Shown: one piece after another, positions 1 to 8,421 of the stretch
Position numbering within the stretch: position 1 is the first letter of the stretch
How the letters are laid out: every line of letters begins with the position of its first letter
Assembly: GCA_017577925.2 (NCBI GenBank)
Contig: PKQU02000001.1
Coordinates: forward strand, 839-64,838
DNA from: Bacillota bacterium
GTDB taxonomy: Bacteria; Bacillota; Bacilli; Calditerricolales; Calditerricolaceae
Reading direction: 5' to 3'
DNA: 64,000 bases
Program-made: the position numbers and the translations under genes
The notes under the pieces: model-generated
Seen by the model: the letters and a program-made list of their open reading frames with translations, nothing else
Told to the model about the DNA's origin: nothing
The model's database searches: none

Positions 1-18
1 GATGTACAAGCTGGATTG

Positions 19-96
<78 letters not shown>

Positions 97-105
97 TTTG
101 TTTGT

Positions 106-192
106 GCCGGTGTGGCGGAATTGGCAGACGCGCGCGACTCAAAATCGCGTTCCCTTGCGGGAGTGGGGGTTCGAGTCCCTTCACCGGCACCA
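106..192 (+). tRNA. tRNA-Leu (anticodon CAA), long variable arm
   Basis: Acceptor GCCGGTG/CACCGGC. Anticodon stem CGCGA/TCGCG with loop CT-CAA-AA. Long extra arm. T-loop GTTCGAGTC. Encoded CCA. 87 nt. Confidence 0.9.
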
Positions 193-209
193 CGCTACAT
201 AGCCGAAAA

Positions 210-249
210 CCCTTAGGATCCATCGGGAAGCGGATCCTAAGGGTTTTTT
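210..249 (+). terminator. Intrinsic terminator after the tRNA pair (possibly bidirectional, also faces asnB)
   Basis: 12-bp stem CCCTTAGGATCC/GGATCCTAAGGG, 10-nt loop, then T6. An A4 run precedes the stem. Confidence 0.8.
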
Positions 250-316
250 GCTTTTGTCCACGAGGGTGCCGTTCGGCTATGCGCCTACCAGCGGACCAAC
301 GGCGTGCCGTCCCCGC

Positions 317-2161
317 TTATACGACCCGGACGTTGTACGTGCGCATCCAGTGGTCCACCTGCACGAGGTAGGCGAAAAATTGCGGCCGTCCCATGAGCTG
401 GCCGAACAAAGGCACCTCCGGTGCGGATGGATCTTGCTCGGCCCATTCCCGTATCGCCGTGGCGTTGACGAAGGGGCGCAGCGGCGACGTGGGATCCTCC
501 AGGATGGAAAGGACCAGTCGCTTCACGGTTTCCCAGTAGAGCGGGTGGTACGTTTTCGGATACGGGCTTTTCTTGCGCCACAACACGTTGGCGGGCAACA
601 CGCCCGCTAAGGCATGGCGGAGGAGTCCCTTTTCCCGCTGCTGATAGAACTTCATCGCCCAGGGGACGTTCCACAGGTACTCCACAATGCGGTGGTCGCA
701 GAAGGGCACGCGCAGCTCCAGCCCCGCCGCCATGCTCATGCGGTCTTTGCGGTCGAGGAGCGTAGGCATCCAGCGCGTGAGATTCAGGTAAAACAGTTCG
801 CGCACCTTGGCGTCCTGCGGCGGTTCACCGGGGAGACGCGGGACTTCGTCGAGGGCTTCCTGATAGCGGCGGTCCAGGTAGGTTTCCGGTTGGACCAGAT
901 CGACCAGTTCCCTGGAAAAGAGACGGATGCGTGCGGGGAGATTCCGCATCCACGGGAAGGTTTTGGCGCGTTGCGTCTCCTCGCGATAGAACCACGGGTA
1001 TCCGCCGAATACCTCGTCGGCGCATTCGCCGGAGAGCCCCACGGTGGCTTTCTCCTTGATTGCCCGGCTGAAAAGCAAGAGCGACGCGTCGACGTCGGCC
1101 ATTCCGGGCAGATCGCGGGCGACGACAGCATCCCGCAGGGCGGCAACAAGGTCGGGAGTATCGATGAAGACCGTGTGGTGAACCGTGCCCAGCGCATTGG
1201 ACACGCGCGTCACCCAGGGGGCGTCGGGATTGGGTTGGAACGCGGTGGGGCGGAAATAGCGGTCGTTGTCCACGTAGTCGATGGACCAGGTATGCAAAGG
1301 ACCGCGGCCATCCCGCGTGAGGGCCCCTGCGGCAAAGGCAGTGATGGTGCTGGAGTCGAGGCCGCCCGACAGCAGCGTGCAGATTGGCACGTCGGAGATC
1401 AGCTGACGCTCAACCGCGTCCTGCACCAGTTCCCGGACGCGCGCGACGGTGGTCGGGAAATCGTCCGGGTGCGGCGCGCTCTCCAATTGCCAATACGGGC
1501 GCTCAAGGACGCGGTGGCGCGAGACGATCATCTGCCAGCCGGGTTTCAATTCCCGCACGTGGCGAAATACACCGTGGCCGGGCGTCCGGGACGGCCCCAT
1601 GACAAAGATTTCGGCCAGTCCTTCGGCGTCAATTTCCGGTTCGACGGCGGGGTGGGCGAGCAGGCTTTTCAATTCGGAGGCAAAGAGGAACGCCGAACCG
1701 CGCTGGGCAAAGAAAAGGGGCTTAACCCCCAGCCGGTCGCGCGCCAGAAACAGTTCCTCCTTGGCAACATCCCAGATGGCGAAGGCGAACATGCCATTCA
1801 GCCGCTCCACGCACGCCGGTCCCCACTCCAGGTACGAGAGGAGCAACGCTTCGGTGTCCGAGCGGGTGAGAAACCGATGGCCGCGGGCGGTGAGTTCATG
1901 CTGCAGCTCGGCAGTGTTGTACAACTCGCCGTTATAGACGAGGACAAAGGCCTGTTTCCCTTTCGTGCGGACCATGGGTTGGACGCCGCCTTCCGGGTCG
2001 ATCACAATCAGGCGGCGGTGAACCAGCCCCGCCCGCGCCGACACCCAGGTACCTTCCGCGTCAGGCCCACGGTGCGCCAGCGCGTCGGCCATCGCGCGGA
2101 GCACCTGCTGCTGATGGCGCAGGTCGCGTTCCCAATCCACCCATCCGGCAATCCCGCACAT
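317..2161 (-). CDS. asnB: Asparagine synthetase (glutamine-hydrolysing)
   Basis: 614 aa. N-terminal MCGIAG (Ntn catalytic Cys2). SGGLDSS PP-loop motif. RBS GGAAGGAG upstream. Confidence 0.95.
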   Translation of the reverse strand: MCGIAGWVDWERDLRHQQQVLRAMADALAHRGPDAEGTWVSARAGLVHRRLIVIDPEGGVQPMVRTKGKQAFVLVYNGELYNTAELQHELTARGHRFLTRSDTEALLLSYLEWGPACVERLNGMFAFAIWDVAKEELFLARDRLGVKPLFFAQRGSAFLFASELKSLLAHPAVEPEIDAEGLAEIFVMGPSRTPGHGVFRHVRELKPGWQMIVSRHRVLERPYWQLESAPHPDDFPTTVARVRELVQDAVERQLISDVPICTLLSGGLDSSTITAFAAGALTRDGRGPLHTWSIDYVDNDRYFRPTAFQPNPDAPWVTRVSNALGTVHHTVFIDTPDLVAALRDAVVARDLPGMADVDASLLLFSRAIKEKATVGLSGECADEVFGGYPWFYREETQRAKTFPWMRNLPARIRLFSRELVDLVQPETYLDRRYQEALDEVPRLPGEPPQDAKVRELFYLNLTRWMPTLLDRKDRMSMAAGLELRVPFCDHRIVEYLWNVPWAMKFYQQREKGLLRHALAGVLPANVLWRKKSPYPKTYHPLYWETVKRLVLSILEDPTSPLRPFVNATAIREWAEQDPSAPEVPLFGQLMGRPQFFAYLVQVDHWMRTYNVRVV

Positions 2162-2316
2162 TGGCTTACAACTCCTTCCGAGTCAGAATGCCTTGCACCG
2201 GGCGTGAGCCCAATTCTGGGATACTCTATGCAGCCGAAGGGCGCGGGGTTCGCGGTCGGCACGACAAACGCCCCCGCCGCGACGGCGAGGGCGTTGCCTC
2301 GGGGATCGTATCGAAC

Positions 2317-2481
2317 TTATAAATCCATGAAGATCAGGGCGGCCGAGACGGCACCGACCAGCAGGCCGAGCACGGCCAACGAGTACTGGGGTTTCATGTT
2401 GTGCGTGGGGCGCGGCAGCACGCCGACAACGATCAGGATGAACGCCACTAAGGCCAGCAAGCAGCCCAGGGTAAAGAGCAT
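2317..2481 (-). CDS. Small membrane protein, 54 aa, two predicted TM segments
   Basis: Internal ATG of track ORF 2317..2718, preceded by AAGGAGGG with 6-nt spacing. The longer ORF would run through tRNA-Gly. Sequence MLFTLGCLLALVAFILIVVGV...LAVLGLLVGAVSAALIF is hydrophobic. Confidence 0.6.
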   Translation of the reverse strand: MLFTLGCLLALVAFILIVVGVLPRPTHNMKPQYSLAVLGLLVGAVSAALIFMDL

Positions 2482-2584
2482 GACGCTTCCCTCCTTATAT
2501 TGCACGATTACTTTCTTTATTCTACCATGGCCAACGGGTGGGGGCCAGAAAGCGAGCGTTGGCGAAAATCGGCGAAGATTGCCG

Positions 2585-2613
2585 TTGCATGTCCGGGGTG
2601 GACTCCGTATAAT
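2585..2613 (+). promoter_or_regulatory. Sigma-A type promoter for tRNA-Gly
   Basis: TTGCAT, exactly 17 nt, then TATAAT. Ends 14 nt before the mature tRNA 5' end. Confidence 0.6.
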
Positions 2614-2627
2614 AAGAAGCAGCATAA

Positions 2628-2701
2628 GCGGGTGTAGTTCAGTGGTAGAACACCGGCCTTCCAAGCCGGACGCGAGGGTTCGATTCCCTTCACCCGCTCC
2701 A
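2628..2701 (+). tRNA. tRNA-Gly (anticodon TCC)
   Basis: Acceptor GCGGGTG/CACCCGC. Anticodon stem CCGGC/GCCGG with loop CT-TCC-AA. T-loop GTTCGATTC. Encoded CCA. Confidence 0.9.
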
Positions 2702-2716
2702 TTGGTGCGCAGGCGC

Positions 2717-2760
2717 AACGCGGTCTTTCGCTCCGGAGGGACGAAGGACCGCGTTTTTTG
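2717..2760 (+). terminator. Intrinsic terminator after tRNA-Gly
   Basis: Long hairpin AACGCGGTC...GACCGCGTT followed by T6. Confidence 0.7.
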
Positions 2761-2799
2761 TTTTTGGCTGCGGCGAACATCTTCCTCGGAGGACGGGGG

Positions 2800-3186
2800 T
2801 TACGGGTTTTCCTCCTCAAACTGCAGAAAGCGCCAGTACCGCATTACCTGGCGCCGCTTCGCGGGGGGTGCCTGTAGAAACTCGTACAAAAAGGCGGCCT
2901 CTTCATTGGGCAGCGACTCGCGCATGATGCCCCACAAGGTTTCCGGGACCACCCGGCTGTCCGTTTCGGTCCGGCCGAAGAAAGCGGGGTGGTCGGTGCG
3001 GCCGAGAAGGTAATCGGTGGAGACGCCGTACAGATCGGCAAAGCGGACCAGCAGATCAAGCGGAGGGGACCGGTGACCGTTTTCGTAACCCGAAACGGTC
3101 GATTCCGCGATTCCCAAGCGCCGGCCGACTTCCTTTGCGGTCCAGCCGTGTTTTTTGCGCAGGCGGCGCAAGCGTTCCCCAATCAT
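2800..3186 (-). CDS. XRE-family HTH transcriptional regulator (cI/SinR-like) with about 60-aa C-terminal extension
   Basis: 128 aa. N-terminus LRRLRKKHGWTAKEVGRRLGIAESTVSGYENGHRSPPLDLLVRFADLYGVSTDYLLG is a canonical HTH_3 domain. RBS AAGGAGG upstream. Confidence 0.85.
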   Translation of the reverse strand: MIGERLRRLRKKHGWTAKEVGRRLGIAESTVSGYENGHRSPPLDLLVRFADLYGVSTDYLLGRTDHPAFFGRTETDSRVVPETLWGIMRESLPNEEAAFLYEFLQAPPAKRRQVMRYWRFLQFEEENP

Positions 3187-3209
3187 TTCCTCCCCTCCTT
3201 TCTGCCTTC

Positions 3210-3238
3210 ATCATAGTTTGCAGAATGCAAAGGGTCAA
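3210..3238 (-). promoter_or_regulatory. Sigma-A type promoter of the 128-aa XRE gene
   Basis: On the minus strand: TTGACC, 17 nt, TATGAT. The spacer contains the palindrome TGCATTCTGCA at positions 4-14. Confidence 0.6.
3219..3229. promoter_or_regulatory. Putative operator O1 (TGCA-N3-TGCA palindrome)
   Basis: TGCAGAATGCA lies inside the spacer of the leftward promoter. It has the same motif and position as the site at 3291-3301. Confidence 0.5.
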
Positions 3239-3281
3239 CCGGCCGACGCGCCGGTTGTTGATTGATTCTTTGCAAATTGAA

Positions 3282-3310
3282 TTGACACCATGCATAATGC
3301 AGGGTATGAT
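3282..3310 (+). promoter_or_regulatory. Sigma-A type promoter of the small XRE (Cro-like) gene
   Basis: TTGACA, 17 nt, TATGAT. The spacer contains TGCATAATGCA at positions 4-14. Confidence 0.6.
3291..3301. promoter_or_regulatory. Putative operator O2 (TGCA-N3-TGCA palindrome)
   Basis: TGCATAATGCA lies between the -35 and -10 of the rightward promoter. Confidence 0.5.
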
Positions 3311-3352
3311 GAGGGCAGAAATGAAGGGTGTTCCGGATTTGGAGGAGAGCGG

Positions 3353-3592
3353 ATGAAGAGCTTGCTTCGTCAGGCGCGTGAAGCGCGGGGCCTTACAGTG
3401 GAGGAGGTTGCGGCGAAGCTGGGCATTCCGCCGGGGTACTATTCGCAAATTGAACGGGGTGAGCGCAGCGTCAGCGCCGAGCGGGCCAAGCAGATCGCCA
3501 GCGCGCTGGGCGTTTCCGTAGAGGCCGTGTTTACGCCGCTGCGGTATGCGCGTCGGGTTGGGACGTGCTCCCGGTCTGACTCTTTGGCCTAA
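3353..3592 (+). CDS. Small XRE-family HTH protein (Cro-like), 79 aa
   Basis: ATG preceded by GGAGGAGAG. Sequence LRQAREARGLTVEEVAAKLGIPPGYYSQIERGERSVSAERAKQIASALGVSVEAVF is an HTH_3 domain. Confidence 0.8.
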   Translation: MKSLLRQAREARGLTVEEVAAKLGIPPGYYSQIERGERSVSAERAKQIASALGVSVEAVFTPLRYARRVGTCSRSDSLA

Positions 3593-3638
3593 TGCCCAAT
3601 GCCCGAGTTTCCGCTACAATGAGGAGCGGAAGGGAGGC

Positions 3639-4241
3639 ATGGGCATGCAACTTCGGCCGGTTGCAACCCTCGACGAACTGCGCGCCCAGGTCCTGGACTG
3701 TACGGCGTGCCGCCTTTGTCAGAACCGCACGCAGGTGGTATTTGGGGAAGGCAACCCGCGTTCCCCCCTCATGATCGTTGGGGAAGGACCGGGGGCAACC
3801 GAAGACGAGATGGGGCGTCCCTTTGTCGGCAAGGCCGGGCAGCTTTTGAACCGCATTCTCGAAGCAGCCGGGATCCGGCGCGAGGCCATCTACATTACGA
3901 ACATTGTCAAGTGCCGGCCGCCCGGCAACCGGACGCCTGAATACGACGAGATGATGACGTGCATCGCCATCTTGCGCGAGCAGTTCAAGCTGATCCGTCC
4001 TAAGATTCTGGTGCTCCTCGGCGCCGCGCCCACCCGCGCGATTTTGGACAAGAATGCGCGCATCACCCAGGTTCGTGGCCAGTGGTGGGAGCGCAAGGGC
4101 GTGCGCATCATGCCGACGTACCACCCAGCCTACCTGCTTCGGAATCCGGCCAAGAAACGCGAAGCGTGGGAAGACTGGCAAAAGGTGCGCGATGCGTACC
4201 TGGCCCTGCTGGCGCAACAAGGAGAACCGGTCGGCTTGTGA
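3639..4241 (+). CDS. Uracil-DNA glycosylase, family 4 (4Fe-4S type)
   Basis: Motifs CTACRLC, GEGPGATED and HPAYLLR. The start could be the ATG at 3645 (better spacing to AGGGAGG). Confidence 0.9.
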   Translation: MGMQLRPVATLDELRAQVLDCTACRLCQNRTQVVFGEGNPRSPLMIVGEGPGATEDEMGRPFVGKAGQLLNRILEAAGIRREAIYITNIVKCRPPGNRTPEYDEMMTCIAILREQFKLIRPKILVLLGAAPTRAILDKNARITQVRGQWWERKGVRIMPTYHPAYLLRNPAKKREAWEDWQKVRDAYLALLAQQGEPVGL

Positions 4242-4276
4242 CGGTGGGGCCAACACGGTGACGGGCGGATCATCGG

Positions 4277-4948
4277 TCATGCGATAAAGTCTTGACGGAC
4301 GGCGGCGGCTCCCGTCACCTTGGCAAACAGGTCGGCCGCCTCCTCGCGGGCGCGCGCGATGTCCGCTTCGGGAAAGCCGGGGGGAAGGTAGGCCACGTGG
4401 AGAAGATGGTGGGTGCCCTCCTGCACCTTGGTTCGCTCGGCATCCACGATGGGGCTGCCAAAGGGCCCGGCGGCATCGGCGAGGACGGGTTTGCCGGCGC
4501 AGCTGTTCTCGCGGCCATTGAGGCCGAGGTAGCGTTCCTCGGCGCGACCGAGGCGCAGGACCACGTCACCAACAATGGCGTCGCGGTTGTAGATGCCGCA
4601 CGGAAGGCCATACTGGATGGACAGGAAATTGTTCAGGTCGACGGCGGCGTTGATCCACCCGAGCGGCTTGCGCTGGAGGATGCGGCGCAACAGGGCTTCG
4701 GCCGACGGGCGGTAGCGAGCCGGGTCGATGCCCAGGGCCCGAAAGGCGTCGCGCCAAGCCCGCACGCCGGCATTGCGTTCCAGTCCGCCGGTGTTTTCAT
4801 AGGTGAGGCGCAGGTGCTCGTGGAACAGCTCGATGCGCCCGCGAAGCGCCGGCGGCGTGGGCGTGATGTGGGCCTCGTCCACCCAGGTGACAAGCAGGCG
4901 CAGACCGGGCAAGCGGTTCTTCAGTTCGGCATCGATGACCAGCTGCAA
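4277..4948 (-). CDS. B3/B4 tRNA-binding domain-containing protein
   Basis: 223 aa. The overall pattern (…RPSAEALLRRIL…IN..VD..N..S…G.YD…) resembles the PheT B3_4 domain family. TTG start with AAGGAGGGA RBS. Confidence 0.7.
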   Translation of the reverse strand: MQLVIDAELKNRLPGLRLLVTWVDEAHITPTPPALRGRIELFHEHLRLTYENTGGLERNAGVRAWRDAFRALGIDPARYRPSAEALLRRILQRKPLGWINAAVDLNNFLSIQYGLPCGIYNRDAIVGDVVLRLGRAEERYLGLNGRENSCAGKPVLADAAGPFGSPIVDAERTKVQEGTHHLLHVAYLPPGFPEADIARAREEAADLFAKVTGAAAVRQDFIA

Positions 4949-5062
4949 CGGGGTCCCTCCTTGTCCATCGTTTTTTTCTTTTTATACTTTTTTATACTAT
5001 AGATCGCGGCAAACCCCAAGCGTCGCGGCGCGAGGATGGGATACGGAGAGGGGAGGGTGGAT

Positions 5063-5545
5063 GTGATCGTTCTGGTAGCGGCCATGGGGAGAAACCGCGT
5101 CATTGGCAAAGCGGGCGGCCTGCCGTGGCATCTGCCGGCCGATCTCGCCCGTTTCCGCCGCCTGACGACGGGGAAGGTCGTGCTGATGGGGCGGAAAACC
5201 TTCGAGGCCATCGGGCGCCCCCTCCCCAACCGCGTGAACGTCGTCCTCACGCGTCGGCGCAGCTGGCGGCCCGAGGGGGTTCGAGTCGTCCACTCCGTAG
5301 ACGAGGCGCTGGCGCGGTTCGGTGGGGATGACCTGTATGTGATCGGGGGAGCGACGGTGTTTCGCCAGTTCCTGCCGCTGGCGGAACGGATGCACCTGAC
5401 CCACATCGAGATCGATGTGGACGGCGATGCCGTTTTTCCGCCCGTCGATGCGGCGGAGTGGGCGGTGGTCGCCAGGGAGAAGGGCCCGAAGGACGCGCAA
5501 AACCCCTACGATTACTGGTTCGTGGAGTACCGGCGGCGGCACTGA
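5063..5545 (+). CDS. folA: Dihydrofolate reductase
   Basis: VIVLVAAMGRNRVIGKAGGLPWHLPADLARFRRLTTGKVVLMGRKTFEAIGRPLPNRVNVVLTR is classic DHFR. GTG start chosen downstream of GGAGAGGGGAGGG (5057 is also possible). Confidence 0.92.
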   Translation: MIVLVAAMGRNRVIGKAGGLPWHLPADLARFRRLTTGKVVLMGRKTFEAIGRPLPNRVNVVLTRRRSWRPEGVRVVHSVDEALARFGGDDLYVIGGATVFRQFLPLAERMHLTHIEIDVDGDAVFPPVDAAEWAVVAREKGPKDAQNPYDYWFVEYRRRH

Positions 5546-5587
5546 GCCACACTAAAGGGGACACCACCGGGTAAGGAGGTGGGGCGC

Positions 5588-5902
5588 TTGAACGCCCTGG
5601 CGAAACTGGTGCTGTTCCCGCTCATTCTCCGCCTATGGGGGTTGCGCGGCCCGTTCCAGGTGGGCATGTTCCTCGCCCTCGTCGGCGTGGTGGCCGATCG
5701 CCTCATTGTCCGGCGCTACGGGAACGGCCGGGGATTGGCCATGGGTCTTCCGTTCATGTATGCGACCCTGCGCACGGCCGGACAGGGTTCCCCCCTGCGC
5801 GCGGGAGGTGCCACGTTGGTGATGGGACTGGTGGAAGGGCTGCTTCACGCCTGGTTGGTCACCGGGCGCCGCCCGTCTCGGAAGGGATCGCGGACGTGGT
5901 GA
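5588..5902 (+). CDS. Small hypothetical membrane protein
   Basis: Hydrophobic 104-aa product. TTG start 8 nt after AAGGAGG. The track's GTG at 5579 overlaps the RBS. Confidence 0.55.
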   Translation: MNALAKLVLFPLILRLWGLRGPFQVGMFLALVGVVADRLIVRRYGNGRGLAMGLPFMYATLRTAGQGSPLRAGGATLVMGLVEGLLHAWLVTGRRPSRKGSRTW

Positions 5903-5966
5903 AGCGGATTCGGTGCCGGCGCGCCGGTTGAGAGCCGGTGCCGGGAGGAGCGGAATGCCGTCACGG

Positions 5967-5995
5967 CCACGGGCGATGTGTCCGTGGTTTTTTTG
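5967..5995 (+). terminator. Intrinsic terminator
   Basis: Stem CCACGG/CCGTGG with 9-nt loop, followed by T8. Confidence 0.65.
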
Positions 5996-6084
5996 TTTCG
6001 TCGTGTCGGGCTTCGCGCCTTGATTTTGCGGGCGGCGGCATGGGAAAATAGCGGCATGGAACAAGAATCGAGAGCATCACACGC

Positions 6085-7833
6085 ATGGAGGCGAAGGCGG
6101 TGGAACGGCTCAGGGCGATCCTAAAACGCATCGACGGACGCGGCTACAAAGCGTACAAGGAGCTGCAAGGCACCTACCGTGGCGACGGGTTCACCCTGTC
6201 TGTCGACCACGTTCAGGGGGATCCCTTCGCCCCACCGTCGCGGATCCGCGTGCGCATTCCCCTGGCGCGCACGGGGATTGCCCGCGAGACCTTCGCCACG
6301 CCGTGGCGGAAGACGGCGCTGGAAGATTTCCTGGCGCGCAGTGTGCACCGGGCCATCGGTCGCCTCGCCCAGCGGCGGGGAACGGGAAAGAGCGGCCTCA
6401 TTGCCATCGATGCCCCGGGGCAGGAGGTGCTGCCGCGCACGGCGGTTGTGGTCACGGATGAGGCGGTGGAGTTGCGCCTCTCGGTGGGGCTGCCGGCCCG
6501 CGGGCGCACCGTGCTGGGGCGCGAGGCGCTGGAGATGTTTACCGAGGACATTCCGGCCCTCGTACGGCGGGGTATGCTGGAACGGGACGAGGAGGCGCTG
6601 CGTCGCCACCTGGAGCTTTCGGACCAGCAGGCAGCCATTCGCCGGTTTTTGCGCGAACACGGCTATGTGGCCTTTGTCGCCGACGGCGCCATCCTGCCGC
6701 GGGAAAGCGGCGTCAGCGACAAGCCGATGAAAGGATCGGGAGTGATCCCCTTTGTCTCGCCGCCGTCCCTCGCCGTGGAGATTCCCGTGCCCCATCGGGA
6801 CAGGCCCTTGCGCGGCATGGCCATCCCCCGCGGGGTGACGCTCATCGTCGGGGGCGGTTACCACGGGAAAAGCACCCTCTTGCAGGCGCTGGAGCGCGGG
6901 GTGTACAACCACATCCCCGGTGACGGGCGGGAGTACGTCATCACCGATGAGACGGCGGTGAAGATCCGGGCCGAGGACGGCCGGAGCGTGGTCGGCGTCG
7001 ACCTGTCGCCCTTCATTCACAATCTGCCCTTCGGCAAGGACACGACGAATTTCTGCACCGAGGACGCCTCGGGCAGCACTTCGCAGGCGGCGAACATCCT
7101 CGAGGCCCTAGAGGCGGGGGCGCGGGTGCTGCTCATCGACGAGGACACCAGCGCGACGAACTTCATGATCCGCGATGCGCGCATGCAGGCGCTGGTGGCC
7201 AAGGAGAAGGAGCCGATCACACCCTTTGTCGACACCGTTCGCCCGCTGTTCGACACCTGCGGGGTGTCGGCGATTTTGGTCGTCGGCGGGTCGGGCGACT
7301 ACTTCGACGTGGCGGACACGGTCATTCGGATGGACGAGTACACCGCCCACGACGCGACGGAGGAGGCCAAGCGTATTGCCCGGGAAATGCGTACCGCCCG
7401 CCGCCCGGAAGGCGGCGAGCGCTTCGGCCCGCTCACGCCGCGTGTCGTCCTGCCGACGTCCTTCGACGCCCATCGCGGGAAAAAGGAAAAGGTGGAGGCC
7501 AAGGGCCTACATACGATTCTCTACGGAACGACAACGATCGACCTGTCCGCTGTCGAGCAGCTGGTCGACGCGAGCCAGACCCGCGCCATCGCCTACATTC
7601 TGCGCTGGATGGACAAGGTCGGCGCCGACGGGAGGAAAACCCTGGCCGAGCTCCTCGACGAGGTGTTTGCCCTCATCGCCGACAAGGGACTGGACGCCAT
7701 CTCGCCATTCGTTGGCCAGCATCCTGGTGACCTCGCCCTGCCGCGGCGTTTCGAGGTGGCCGCCGCGGTGAATCGCTTGCGCACACTGAAGGTGAAGCAG
7801 GGGCGACCGGTGCCCTGTGGCGGAGGGCGATGA
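6085..7833 (+). CDS. ABC-ATPase domain-containing protein (uncharacterised P-loop ATPase family)
   Basis: 582 aa. Walker A GGGYHGKST and Walker B LLIDEDTSATNF. The N-terminal region matches my memory of the 'predicted ATPase of the ABC class' family. Confidence 0.8.
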   Translation: MEAKAVERLRAILKRIDGRGYKAYKELQGTYRGDGFTLSVDHVQGDPFAPPSRIRVRIPLARTGIARETFATPWRKTALEDFLARSVHRAIGRLAQRRGTGKSGLIAIDAPGQEVLPRTAVVVTDEAVELRLSVGLPARGRTVLGREALEMFTEDIPALVRRGMLERDEEALRRHLELSDQQAAIRRFLREHGYVAFVADGAILPRESGVSDKPMKGSGVIPFVSPPSLAVEIPVPHRDRPLRGMAIPRGVTLIVGGGYHGKSTLLQALERGVYNHIPGDGREYVITDETAVKIRAEDGRSVVGVDLSPFIHNLPFGKDTTNFCTEDASGSTSQAANILEALEAGARVLLIDEDTSATNFMIRDARMQALVAKEKEPITPFVDTVRPLFDTCGVSAILVVGGSGDYFDVADTVIRMDEYTAHDATEEAKRIAREMRTARRPEGGERFGPLTPRVVLPTSFDAHRGKKEKVEAKGLHTILYGTTTIDLSAVEQLVDASQTRAIAYILRWMDKVGADGRKTLAELLDEVFALIADKGLDAISPFVGQHPGDLALPRRFEVAAAVNRLRTLKVKQGRPVPCGGGR

Positions 7834-7906
7834 CGCGACGGCCGTGCGGCGAGGAGGCCCGGCTGGGCGTTGGCCAACCGGTCGCGGGAAAGGAGACGGA
7901 GAACCG

Positions 7907-8344
7907 GTGAAAGAGGTGACGATCTACACCGACGGGGCCTGCTCGGGCAACCCCGGCCCGGGGGGATGGGCGGCCATTCTGCTTTATAAGGGACGGCGGA
8001 AGGAGCTGTGGGGATCCAGCGAGCACACCACCAACCAGCGTATGGAGCTGACGGCGGCCATCGAGGCGTTGCGTGTGCTCAAGGAACCGTGCAAGGTGAC
8101 GCTGTACAGCGACAGCGCTTACCTGGTCAACTGCTTCCGGCAACGCTGGTTCGACCGCTGGCAGCAGAACGGGTGGAAGAACAGCAAGGGCGAGCCGGTG
8201 GAGAACCGGGACCTGTGGGAGGCCCTGCTGGCCCTTGCGCGCAAGCATGACGTCACCTTTGTCAAGGTGAAGGGCCACGCCGACGATCCGCTCAACAACC
8301 GCTGTGACGCGCTGGCTGTGGCGGCCATTCCGCGTAAGCGCTGA
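7907..8344 (+). CDS. rnhA: Ribonuclease HI
   Basis: IYTDGACSGNPGPGGWAAIL, TNQRMELTA, LYSDSAYL and VKGHADDPLNNRCD. GTG start 7 nt after AAAGGAGACGGAG. Confidence 0.92.
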   Translation: MKEVTIYTDGACSGNPGPGGWAAILLYKGRRKELWGSSEHTTNQRMELTAAIEALRVLKEPCKVTLYSDSAYLVNCFRQRWFDRWQQNGWKNSKGEPVENRDLWEALLALARKHDVTFVKVKGHADDPLNNRCDALAVAAIPRKR

Positions 8345-8421
8345 GGGGGTGATTTCGGCAGGCCCGCCGGCTCGCCGTCGTAACCGCGGCGGGACAAGCC
8401 CTGGCGAAAGGAGGGCGCACC

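Noticed and set aside
614-3013. 799-aa plus-strand ORF, and similar very long ORFs elsewhere: 14688..16400 (-), 18001..19899 (-), 10663..11964 (-), 28765..30483 (-), 38152..39774 (+), 40485..42041 (-), 59798..61708 (-), 61593..63536 (+).
   Set aside because: Each lies antisense to, or out of frame with, a gene whose product is unmistakable (asnB, trmL/MTAP, the hpa genes, leuC, the debranching enzyme and others). Their translations are Arg/Gly/Pro/Ala-rich low-complexity strings with no RBS. Stop-free antisense frames are expected at this G+C level.
2628-4241. Prophage or integrative element inserted at tRNA-Gly, suggested by the cI/Cro-like pair.
   Set aside because: No integrase, excisionase or structural genes are present, and I could not see a repeat of the tRNA 3' end downstream. 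The composition matches the host. Only the regulatory pair is reported as a finding.
6085-8344. ABC-class ATPase plus RNase HI as a possible defence gene pair.
   Set aside because: Both have host-like composition and their own RBSs. They belong to widely conserved housekeeping or uncharacterised families, and I know of nothing that links them functionally.
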